This document shows positions 26,647 to 37,619 of a stretch of 64,000 nt of DNA, piece after piece. Source of the stretch: Octopus vulgaris. Its lineage: Eukaryota. Position numbers and translations under genes: made by a program. The notes beneath the pieces were generated by a model. The model searched no databases. It was not told where the DNA came from and worked only from the letters and a program-made list of their open reading frames with translations. The DNA lies in contig OX597814.1 of assembly GCA_951406725.2 (NCBI GenBank), positions 197,346,001 to 197,410,000 on the forward strand, read 5' to 3'. The first letter of the stretch is position 1; every line of letters begins with the position of its first letter.

Positions 26647-27174
26647 GTGAGTGAGAGAGCAGTGAGTGAAGTCCAGTATACCCCTCATGACTACCCGTCT
26701 GATAAGGGTACACGAGGCACATGGATCACAACCATATGTGCGCGACATGGTGATCTCATATCCCGATAAACAGCACATGACCTTGCTGGTGGGCCCAGTT
26801 AGAATTTTCTTCTGGTCGAGTAACTCATCCCGCTCAAAAAGTCCCTGAATAAGGGTTGTTTAAGGATGTTCAACGAAACACCCATGTTTCCAAAGGTGAA
26901 TTATTCAAACCCCAAAGAATCCCTCTCAACACATGGCTATGATGCCTCACCACACCATTTCTGCTCGTGATCAGAGATGCACATATCGTCAGCCACTAAG
27001 GGACATGTTCAACTGGTTAAGGTCAAACAACTGACAAGCGAATATGTGGTATTGACCAGAATATTTGCTGTAGCCCATCTTTAATACCAAGATAAAAACA
27101 ATGTACATGATAACACTTCCGATCAGTTAAGATCAGAAGCCACGAGAGCCACTGCCTGGTACTGCTTCAAGGCA
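26647..27174. mobile_element. (TTA)n-inserted interspersed element, copy 2
   Basis: Flanked on both sides by (TTA)n; homologous to 25312-25795. Confidence 0.85.
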
Positions 27175-27794
27175 TTATTATTATTATTATTATCATTATT
27201 ATTATTATTATTATGCTTTTTTTATCTTTACTGTAACTTTCCAATTAGTTTTAGCAACCTTTTTTTTCTTTAATACTCCCCGAATAAAATAAATTATCGC
27301 CACCAACTTTACAATTAGAATAAAATTAATATTCCTTTTTTTCTTAACATATAATAATATGCTAATTAGTGAAGTTCTAATTTCTCCAGATTCCCAGTTA
27401 TTTTTTTTTAATAACTTTATATTAAATATTCCTTTCATGTTCCATATTTTTTCAAATTCTCACATTTTCTAACAAAGGAAAGTCGTTATTATTTCCATAT
27501 ATGGTTATACAACAACAACAAAAAAAATACAAAATACAGAAGCTTGGTGGATCCGTATCATCTATGGGTTAAGCTTAACTAACTCCAATTCTTTTCACTC
27601 TTTTTCTCCTATTTCGAGATGATCGGTTACATTTCAATGTACGACTAGATAACAGCTATCTTCTGAACTGGAATCAATTAAATTTTCTGTTGCACATAAG
27701 AATACTTGGCACAGATGGACGACAATCGAAAATACTAAAATGCTATTCAGAGCGCCACGTTCTAAATTGATTCTAAGAAACAACATGAGAAATG

Positions 27795-27985
27795 TATAGT
27801 AGTAATAGCAGTAGTAGTGATGGTAGAAGTAATAGTAGTGGTAGTAGTGGTAATGGTAGTAGTAATAGTAGTGGTGATGGTGGTAGTAATAGTAGTGGTG
27901 GTGGTGGTGGTAGTAGTAATAGTAGTGGTGGTGGTGGTGGTAGTAGTAATAGTAGTGGTGGTGGTAGTAGAAGTAGTAGTAGTAA
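27795..27985. repeat. (GTA/GTG)n compound trinucleotide repeat
   Basis: Direct inspection. Confidence 0.9.
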
Positions 27986-28053
27986 AGTTGATTTATAGAT
28001 TTATTTAAAATGGATTTGCAGGCATATATTTAAATATAAGTATATCATGTTAT

Positions 28054-28134
<81 letters not shown>

Positions 28135-28176
28135 TATACATGCATACGTGGAATATACATGTTTATAAGCCATTTA

Positions 28177-28227
<51 letters not shown>

Positions 28228-28229
<2 letters not shown>

Positions 28230-28365
28230 GCAGCGTGGAAGGTGTTTATAAGTCATTTAACATACAAAATGCGTTAGATTCACTTCGACATTTAAATTTA
28301 ATTTGTCAAAATATTTTCGTCACTTTGAAACCGTGACCTGTTCACTGACAAAATTCCGTGACGCA
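28228..28365. mobile_element. Small TA-adjacent repeat; partial second copy at ~21880-21975
   Basis: Shared catttaa...cgttag.ttca.tt..a.atttaaattt..gtcaaaatattttcgt. Confidence 0.6.
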
Positions 28366-28478
28366 TCTGAGAAAGTAGCAGTTAGTGTGCATGTAAGTAT
28401 GAGCGTGTGAATGTGTACATGCGTGCACACCTATACGCATGTATGTATTTATGTATGTATGTATGTGTGTGTGTGTGT

Positions 28479-28611
28479 AGGTGCAGGAGTGGCTGTGTGG
28501 TAAGAAGTTTGGTTCACCAACCACAGGGTTTTGTGTTCAGTGGCACCTTGGGCAAGTGTCTTCTACTATAGCCGACAAAAGCCTTGTAAGACGGAAACCG
28601 CAAGAAGCCAG

Positions 28612-28613
<2 letters not shown>
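28479..28613 (+). mobile_element. SINE family B, 5' half (3' half at 31651-31842)
   Basis: ggtgcaggagtggctgtgtggtaag...ggcaccttgggcaagtgtcttctactatagcc...aagaagcc then (TA)n. Confidence 0.88.
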
Positions 28614-28663
<50 letters not shown>

Positions 28664-28811
28664 TAAAAAGCCAAAACAATGCGAAGTAAATCGATTTTCT
28701 ATGCAATATATTCTACACAATGCTTCATAGTAATTATTCCATTATAATATGTATATATATATGTATATATATATGTATATATATATGTATATATATATGT
28801 ATATATATATG

Positions 28812-30362
28812 TACTTACTTTGATACTTTGATAGGTTTCGGCCATTATTGGCCCAGGCCATGTCTAACTTAATAGCACCACCTGGTGAAGTCTTTCAAGT
28901 CAGAATTTGGGCACTATGGCCCACTCAAGTAGAGAGTTATTGTTTACAGAGACATATCCGGGTGTAGGGGGTTTATCCGGGATTTCTTGAAGGAATCTGT
29001 CCAAAGACTTCTTGAACCCTATAGGGTCAGTTTCTGTTTTAATGTGTTTTGGTGTAATGTTAAAGAGAGCGGGGCCAATTGAGGTGAAATAATTGTGCCG
29101 TATTGTTGTTATGAGATGAGAGTGCGATTTTTGTTTTGGGCGGATGGCACGGGGCCCAAGCCTTGGATGTACCTTAAAGGTGATGCCAACATCATTTGGG
29201 CAATGCTGATGGAATATTTTCCACATCATGCAGATGATGTAGCGCTCACGACGACGTTGGAGAGAATAGAGTTTTAGCTTTTCTAGTCGACCCCAATAGT
29301 CGAGGCCTGTCATGCCATCTATCTTTTTTGTGATTGCCCTTTGAGGTGCTTCGACTTTTATGATACCTTGTATTGTGTGGGGAGACCACAGTGGACAACA
29401 GTATTCAAGGTGGGGTCGGGCAAAAGTGGAGAAGAGAAGGATAATCGTGTGGATATCTCTCGACTGGAAAGTTCTGAGAATCCAGGAACACATTCTGCGG
29501 GCCATGTCAACTTTGGTGTTTATATGAGTGGCCCAGCTTACGTTGTTGTCCACAATTACTCCCAAGTCTCTGATGTTGTTGGACGCCGCGAGAGTTTCAC
29601 CTGAAGGAAGGGAGTATGGGAGTTTCAGGGCATCCTCTTTTCCAAAGTGGATTAGCTCAAATTTATCCTCGTTCAGCAGCATATTGTTTTTTTCTGCCCA
29701 TTGGATAACAGCCAGTAGATCTGACTGAAGGCATGTCCGGTCACTCGCCTCATTTATGACCTTCTGTAGCTTGGAGTCATCTGCAAAGATTTTTATGTTG
29801 CTGTGCTTGATGATGTCATTAATGTCATTAATGTAAATGATGAAAAGAAGTGGGCCCAGCACAGTGCCTTGCGGAACGCCACTACTGACTCTGGCTGGGC
29901 TTGATTTTACCCCTTCAACTACAACATGTTGAGATCTGTCTGTCAGGAAACACTTAATCCATTTCAGTAACTTTCCAGAGACACCAATGTTGGATAGTTT
30001 TTTCAATAGGATCTTGTGATCGACCCTGTCGAAGGCCTTACTGAAATCAAGGTAGATGACATCGGTGTTGGAGCCCTCTCCCAAAGCTCTCAAAATGTCC
30101 TCAAAGTGATGCAGGAGCTGCGTTAGGCAGTCCCTTCCATTACGGAACCCATGTTGGTTGGAGATCAGCCGTCTGTTGCTTTCCAGAAATTGGGTTATTT
30201 GAGATCTCACCACCCTCTCAAATACCTTGATGATATGAGAGGTGAGTGAGATCGGACGGTAATTCACTGCAAGGGACTTGTTTCCCTTTTTGAAAACTGG
30301 GACAACAGACTGGGACAGAAGGTTTTTTGGAATATAGCCAGCATCCAGTGAGTTTCTCCAGT
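28812..30362 (-). mobile_element. 5'-truncated CR1-group LINE with (TATCAAAG)-like 3' tail, inserted in (TA)n
   Basis: Uninterrupted RT frame, ~90-bp 3' UTR, TA-type microsatellite on both sides. Confidence 0.95.
28900..30360 (-). CDS. Non-LTR retrotransposon ORF2 fragment (reverse transcriptase and C-terminus, ~486 aa, no own start codon)
   Basis: [57 protein letters not shown]; no stops or frameshifts. Confidence 0.9.
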   Translation of the reverse strand, partial: WRNSLDAGYIPKNLLSQSVVPVFKKGNKSLAVNYRPISLTSHIIKVFERVVRSQITQFLESNRRLISNQHGFRNGRDCLTQLLHHFEDILRALGEGSNTDVIYLDFSKAFDRVDHKILLKKLSNIGVSGKLLKWIKCFLTDRSQHVVVEGVKSSPARVSSGVPQGTVLGPLLFIIYINDINDIIKHSNIKIFADDSKLQKVINEASDRTCLQSDLLAVIQWAEKNNMLLNEDKFELIHFGKEDALKLPYSLPSGETLAASNNIRDLGVIVDNNVSWATHINTKVDMARRMCSWILRTFQSRDIHTIILLFSTFARPHLEYCCPLWSPHTIQGIIKVEAPQRAITKKIDGMTGLDYWGRLEKLKLYSLQRRRERYIICMMWKIFHQHCPNDVGITFKVHPRLGPRAIRPKQKSHSHLITTIRHNYFTSIGPALFNITPKHIKTETDPIGFKKSLDRFLQEIPDKPPTPGYVSVNNNSLLEWAIVPKF

Positions 30363-31519
30363 GAGTATGTATGTATATATATATGTATATATATATATAT
30401 GTATGTATATATATATGTATGTATATATATATGTATGTATATATATATGTGTATATATATATATGTGTATATATATATATGTGTATATATATATATGTAT
30501 ATATATATGTATATATATATGTATATATATATGTATATATATATGTATATATATGTATATATATATGTATATATATATGTATATATATATGTATATATAT
30601 GTATATATATATATGTATATATATATGTATATATATATGTATATATATGTATATATATATGTATATATATGTATATATATATATGTATATATATATGTAT
30701 ATATATATGTATATATATGTATATATGTATATATATATGTATATATATATGTATATATATATGTGTATATATATATGTGTATATATATATGTATATATAT
30801 ATGTATATATATATGTGTATATATATATGTGTATATATATATGTATATATATGTATATATATGTATATATATGTATATATATGTATATATATGTGTATAT
30901 ATATATGTATATATATGTATATATATGTATATATATGTATATATATGTATATATATATGTATATATATGTATATATATATGTATATATATATGTATATAT
31001 ATATGTATATATATATGTATATATATATGTATATATATATGTATATATATGTGTATATATATATGTATATATATATGTATATATATATGTATATATATAT
31101 GTATATATATATGTATATATATATGTATATATATATGTATATATATATGTATATATATATATATGTATATATATATGTATATATATATGTATATATATAT
31201 GTATATATATATGTATATATATATATGTATATATATGTGTATATATATGTGTATATATATGTGTATATATATGTGTATATATATGTGTGTATATATGTGT
31301 GTATATATGTGTGTATATATGTATGTATGTGTATGTGTATGTATGTGTATGTATATGTATGTGTATATGTATATGTGTATGTGTATATGTATATGTGTAT
31401 GTGTATATGTATATGTGTATGTGTATATGTGTATATGTATATGTGTATGTGTATGTGTATATGTATATGTGTATATGTATATGTATATGTATATGTGTAT
31501 ATGTATATGTGTATGTGTA

Positions 31520-31550
<31 letters not shown>

Positions 31551-31613
31551 GTATGTGTATATGTGTATGTGTATATGTATATGTGTATATGTATATGTAT
31601 ATATGTATATGTA

Positions 31614-31650
<37 letters not shown>
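30363..31650. repeat. 1.3-kb (TATATATATG)/(TATGTG)-type satellite
   Basis: Almost only T/A/G in alternating purine-pyrimidine order; unit drifts from ~10 to ~6 bp. Confidence 0.97.
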
Positions 31651-31654
<4 letters not shown>

Positions 31655-31842
31655 GTCTGTGTTTGTCCTTCCACCTTCGTTTGACAACCGATGTTGATGT
31701 TTACGTCCCTCTAACTTCGCGGTTCGGCAAGAGAGCGATAGAATAAGTACTAGGCTTACAAAGAATAAACCCTTGGGTCGATTTGTTCGACTAAAGGTTG
31801 TGCTCCATCATGGCCGCAGTCAAATTACTGAAACAAGTAAAA
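31651..31842 (+). mobile_element. SINE family B, 3' half
   Basis: tgtgtttgtcc..ttgacaaccgatg...catggccgcagtcaaattactgaaacaagtaaaa. Confidence 0.88.
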
Positions 31843-32564
31843 AAAAATGTGTGTTTGTGCCAGTTTGTTTGTCTGTCAGTGTATGTGTGTTTGTGACTGC
31901 GTGTGTGAGTGTGTGTATTTGTTAGCGTGTGTGTTAGTGTATTTATATAAATGTACAGACGAGCGATGGAACAAACAAAAAATATATTACCGAATGACCG
32001 ATAATATGGACGTGTACTACGTCCACAAACCAAAATATGTAAAAACCAGATTAGTAATGGCAACTGTAACAGCTCTGCTAGCGTCGCAAACCAATAGGAA
32101 TTGCTCGATATGGGTCGGCTCGCAGAAAATATAATTAAGGGAGAATTATGTCACAAGAGTCAACGCCTTGCTGCTCGTGAAATTCATCATGAAATCTATA
32201 CCTACTCCTTAATATTGGTTTCAAATGTTGGCACAACGCCAGCAATTTCAGTACTCAATATTTTATTGACCCCGAAGGCATAAAAAGCAAAGTCGACCTC
32301 CGTGGGATTTCAGCTCAGCGCGATGACATTTCTACCAGCTCGGTGCCTTCTTGCTCCCGCGCAAGCATCAGCTGGTGATCCACACATTACGGCATAATCT
32401 GGTGTTACAGCATGTGGCAAAACATGAGACAATGACCACAACTTAGGGGATCAACACAGATGTTAATGCTTTACCACATGGTTTAATATATCACATGGCA
32501 TATAAGACTTGTCCCTTCTTTACTTACACAAATCTGTATGTATATTTCCTAATGTCACATAATA

Positions 32565-33130
32565 TTGGGTTGTCTGGAAAGTTCGTGCCGATTTATAGTA
32601 GCTTACCCTTCGATTTATTTTAGAACATGGTTGAGTCCATAAAATAGGATTTGACTACACCTCCATTTAGAGCACAGTTTAAGCTATCTTTTCGTGGAAG
32701 AAGGTTTATGTTCCTATAACCTCTGTTAATTCTGTAACCCTTTAAAATGGAAGATACGAAAGTTCATTTTCGGCACTTGATGATTTGGAAACGAGACAAA
32801 AATTGCTGCAGCTTGGCTGGGATGTGTTACCCCACCCTCCAAATTCACCAGACATTGCTCCTTCGGATTTTCACTTATTCAGATCTCTGCAGAATAGTCT
32901 TAATGGTAAAAATTTCAATTCCTTGCATGACGTAAAAAGATACCTTGATGAATTCTTTGCCATGAAACCACCTCAGTTCTGGGAAGAGGGTATTTTCACC
33001 TTAAAAGAAAGATGGAGACGCATTATGCAACAAAATGGTTCCTATTTGGTTGATTAAAAATGTAATGGCAAGTATTTATTGACCTTTTTCTTTCCTTTAA
33101 AAATCAGCACGAACTTTCCGGACAACCCAA
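32565..33130 (+). mobile_element. Internally deleted mariner transposon (566 bp)
   Basis: ~30-bp TIRs ttgggttgtctggaaagttcgtgccgattt / aaatcagcacgaactttccggacaacccaa; TA on both sides; MEDTKVHFRHL fused to LGWDVLPHPPNSPDIAPSDFHLFRSLQN. Confidence 0.93.
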
Positions 33131-33461
33131 TATTTTTGTAATATATTTTGTAAGTAAGTTGGACTCCTGTAGCAAATATAATGAAACATTTACTATAATG
33201 ATTACTGTATCAAATATGATATATTTGATGTTGTATCAAGAGGAGACACTTTGATAAGTCGTGGTTAAGATCAATGATATATATTTGACAGTTTAAAAGA
33301 TTTCAGTTGATAATATTGTTCATTAATTATAAAGAAAATGTAAGAAATCACTCTAATGAAAACTGATGGGCAAAAATAAAACACCCACACAAATATATAC
33401 ATACACACACTCAAACACACATATATATAAATCAAGGTTTGTGTTTTATGCCAAATTAAGC

Positions 33462-33492
<31 letters not shown>

Positions 33493-33562
33493 CATACATA
33501 GACATATATATATTATACACGCACTCATACATACATAAATATTATATATATATATATATATA

Positions 33563-33736
33563 TTTTACTCTTTTCAGTATTTGACTGCAGCCATGCTGGA
33601 GCACCGCCCTTAGTCGGGCAAATCATCCCCAGGACTTATTCTTTGTAAGCCTAGTACTTATTCTATCGGTCTCTTTTGCCGAACCGCTAAGTTACGGGGA
33701 CGTAAACACACCAGCATCGGTTGTCAAGCAATGTTG

Positions 33737-33782
<46 letters not shown>

Positions 33783-33946
33783 CATATATACGATGGGTTT
33801 TCAGTTTTCGTCTACCAACTCACAATGCTTTGGTCGGCCCGAGACTATAGTAGAAGACACTTGCCCAAAGGTGTCACGCAGTGGGACTGAACCCGGAAGC
33901 AGGTGGTTCGTAAGCAAGCTACTTACCATACAGCCACTCCTACGCC
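33563..33946 (-). mobile_element. Full-length SINE family B
   Basis: Reverse complement of the 12089-12499 structure. Confidence 0.92.
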
Positions 33947-34425
33947 TATATTAATATCATTTTTGATTCCTTTACTTTCTATAAACATTTCTCCTGGAAA
34001 TGGTTATGATTTTCAATCGAGCCATTACTATTCAAACGCTACAGAGAAACAGAATTCTATTTGTGGTTCCTGAATGTGACGGATGCATATATTTTTGATA
34101 CGCTAGGCTAAGATGTTATCCGAAAACTTCATCGATATCTGCGTATAACATAAATAGATCGAAATTTCAGGGATTTGCTCTCTTTTGAGGACATTTCCAA
34201 GTCAATTACACTGAAGAATGTATTTTCCAATTCAATTCTAAAATGTTAATATACACACGCTCTCGCATACACACGTATGTGAGCATATATGTGAGAGTGT
34301 ATGAGTGCGTTTGCGTGTATACATTGTTGGATGTCGAAACACCTGAGTGCCCTAGCTCGGCTACAGCCGCTCACCAGAATCGATAAAACAAGAAAAGAAA
34401 AGCTAAGTGTGTGTGTATATATATT

Positions 34426-34478
<53 letters not shown>

Positions 34479-35362
34479 TATTGGTACAGCTAAACCATTT
34501 GGGTCAGATGCAAAATGCGAATACTCTTGAATGAAATCACAAGTACTTTCTATAGAAAGATTTAAGGTGTTAATTTACGGCAATAGAAACGAGATTGTTG
34601 CTTTATTATCGAGATAATAACAAGATGGTTTAGTATTGAATGTTGGTCATTATATTGTATATAGCAGAAGATAGGACCTGATAGGCATAGAAACGTCTGA
34701 ACTGAGATGATTGCTATTATTGAATTCTTTCACATTCTAGGTTCGCAATAGTGTATATGTGTTTTTATTTACACCATTTGCAGAGGAAATATAACATAAC
34801 AAATGCATAAACGAAGAAAAAACACACACCAGAAGCCATTAAAATGCAAAGAAATATTTGATCGATTCAGAAAAACCAATCGCAATTGGAGGAGGAAGCT
34901 GATAAAAAGTTGCTTTTTATAGAAGCAAATATTCGATTGAGTCAAATCTAATAAAAAAATACGAAAAAATGCTGGGAAACATTTCTCCACCGACTACAAT
35001 TCTCTTGTTGGTAACCTCTAGGGAATCTGAGGTAATAAATATGCCCATACCGAAAAATTACTTCAAATGTTGATTGCATTTTGTAAAATAGTTTTCATTA
35101 CATTACTAAATTTTTGTGAAGACTGAAAGTAGACGAGCAAATAAAAGAAAAAAAAAATTCTCATTTTTAATTTCTTTTTCTTACTTTTTTTTTGGATTAT
35201 CTCTAAATTTGAAATTTTATTATATTACATAATCTATGGAGTTATGATTCAAATTAGAACAGACAGTGTGTGAATGTGTGTTGAGTACACTTTACACCAC
35301 TTCTAAAGAAATCGTTTTGCGTCTATGCACACACACAATCACACGCGTGTGTGTAATATATA

Positions 35363-35364
<2 letters not shown>

Positions 35365-35409
<45 letters not shown>

Positions 35410-35438
35410 TATATACATACATACAGACACATAGATAG

Positions 35439-35477
<39 letters not shown>

Positions 35478-35494
35478 CATACATACAGACACAT

Positions 35495-35535
<41 letters not shown>

Positions 35536-35622
35536 CATACATACAGACACATAGATAGATATAAATATATATATATATATATACACAAATAGACATATAT
35601 ATAGTTAGATAAATATAAATAC

Positions 35623-35671
<49 letters not shown>

Positions 35672-35700
35672 TAGATAGATAGATAGATAGGTATAAATAC
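35365..35700. repeat. (TA)n/(GATA)n compound satellite with duplicated acatacatacagacacatagata units
   Basis: Direct inspection. Confidence 0.9.
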
Positions 35701-36830
35701 ATATGCGTGTGTGTGGAATATACATCTGCCTAAATACTTACGGGAATGCCTATATACATACAGTTTAGCAGATACACACATGCGCACACACAACTCTATA
35801 TTATTGATTTATTCAATGTTACATAGTTAATGACTGCTTCCTTTGTAAATAATTTCTCCGTTGATTTGTCTGTCCGAAATGGGGTTTTATTCAACTCCTT
35901 AGAGACACGATATCCTACCTAGCTGCCATCTTTAATTCCGTTTCTCCCTGATGGCTCTTGAATTCTGTTAAGCTGCTAACAATGAGACTAACAATAGAAC
36001 ACGGCTTTAGAACGGTTTTATAGTTTTTCACTTTCCTTTTTCATATTATGCTATCATTACTGTTTAGACTTTGATAAAATACATCGCAAAAATAAAGGCT
36101 TTTTATTCAGGTATTTCTGTCGACTGTTGTAGCTAAGTTTAGAGCGAAACAACACAATGCAAAATAGACGTAATATAATAAACGTAATATTTTTTAATAT
36201 TTCTTTTATCTATGAAATCCTATTAGTTTACAATCATATACAATTGTAATGATGCATCGGTGTACGTCGTGTACATATACATACCTACATACATACAAAT
36301 ATATTTATAGATACATACATACAAATATATTTATAGATACATATATACAAATATATTTATAGATACATACATACATATATATTGTCAGGAATGTAAGTAT
36401 GTGTGGGTGTGTTTGTGTTTCTCTTTATTCAAGACTTAAAAATATGTATCAATGTTATTTTGCTTACATAAACAAAGCTCTGTAAAAGTATACATGAACG
36501 CTTAGAGAAAACCGCATTAGTGAGTCTAGATGAGCATCGATATAACTGGCTTTGTATCGCTCTCTGTCTCAATACAAACATTTATATATATTTATATTTT
36601 TACGGCTACAAACGTACACACATTATATAGATACGTATGAGATATGATGAGTGTGTATTCGCAGGTATAAGTGTATAAGTAGTATATATTTTATATATAC
36701 ATCTTTTATATATACCTTATGTAATAGTGAATGTATTATATACACGTTTCGAATCATATACGTGTGCGTGCGAAATGTTTTATGTATCTATCTCTTTATA
36801 CGTATATATGTATATACGAACGCATATAAC

Positions 36831-36834
<4 letters not shown>

Positions 36835-36880
<46 letters not shown>

Positions 36881-36934
36881 GAGAGGTGGGGAGAGATGGA
36901 TGGACAGATAAATAAATATAGATATACATATATA

Positions 36935-36980
<46 letters not shown>

Positions 36981-37012
36981 GTATGTATGCAAACTTATGC
37001 GCTTATATAAGA

Positions 37013-37057
<45 letters not shown>

Positions 37058-37063
37058 TATGCG

Positions 37064-37114
<51 letters not shown>

Positions 37115-37146
37115 GTATGTATGCAAACTTATGCGCTTATATAAGA

Positions 37147-37190
<44 letters not shown>
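36835..37190. repeat. (TA)n array with repeated spacer aaacttatgcgcttata (3 copies)
   Basis: Direct inspection. Confidence 0.85.
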
Positions 37191-37619
37191 TTATGTGTGA
37201 TGTGTATATCATTGCATGGTTATTTTCTTGTATATTGTCATCGTATGAAGTAGAGAAAAGATTATTTTTGAGTGAACATTATACACATGTATGTGTGTAT
37301 TTGTCTATGTATGTGTATATGTGTGTATATATGTTATTAAAAATAAACCACGGCTCTGTTCCAGTGTAATATTGTTTTATTGGTGTTTTATTGTATTTCC
37401 GCTTCAAGAATCTTTTCTTTCGACGATGTCTCCAGACTCACTTCTTAAATACTGGTCGACACTTATTTTTGCGAAGTGAGATGACAGTCACTAAAACGCC
37501 TTTAACTGATTCTTTTATTTAATCGCACTTTTAATAATTTTAGACGTGGGACTGTGACACTGTTAAAACACTTCCTTAATTTATTTTCTATCAGTTTTGT
37601 TGTCACTTTATGGCTAGAA

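Noticed and set aside
27792-28008. Ser/Gly-rich and poly-Val ORFs (also 47714-48125)
   Set aside because: (GTA/GTG)n trinucleotide repeats with no splice or coding evidence.
28900-31674. 924-aa ORF as a novel YIH-repeat/RT fusion protein
   Set aside because: The N-terminal ~440 aa is translated TA/TG satellite starting in SINE sequence; only 28900-30360 is real LINE coding sequence.
36970-37190. Repeat-spacer appearance suggestive of CRISPR
   Set aside because: The spacers are (TA)n slippage products in eukaryotic DNA, and there are no cas genes.
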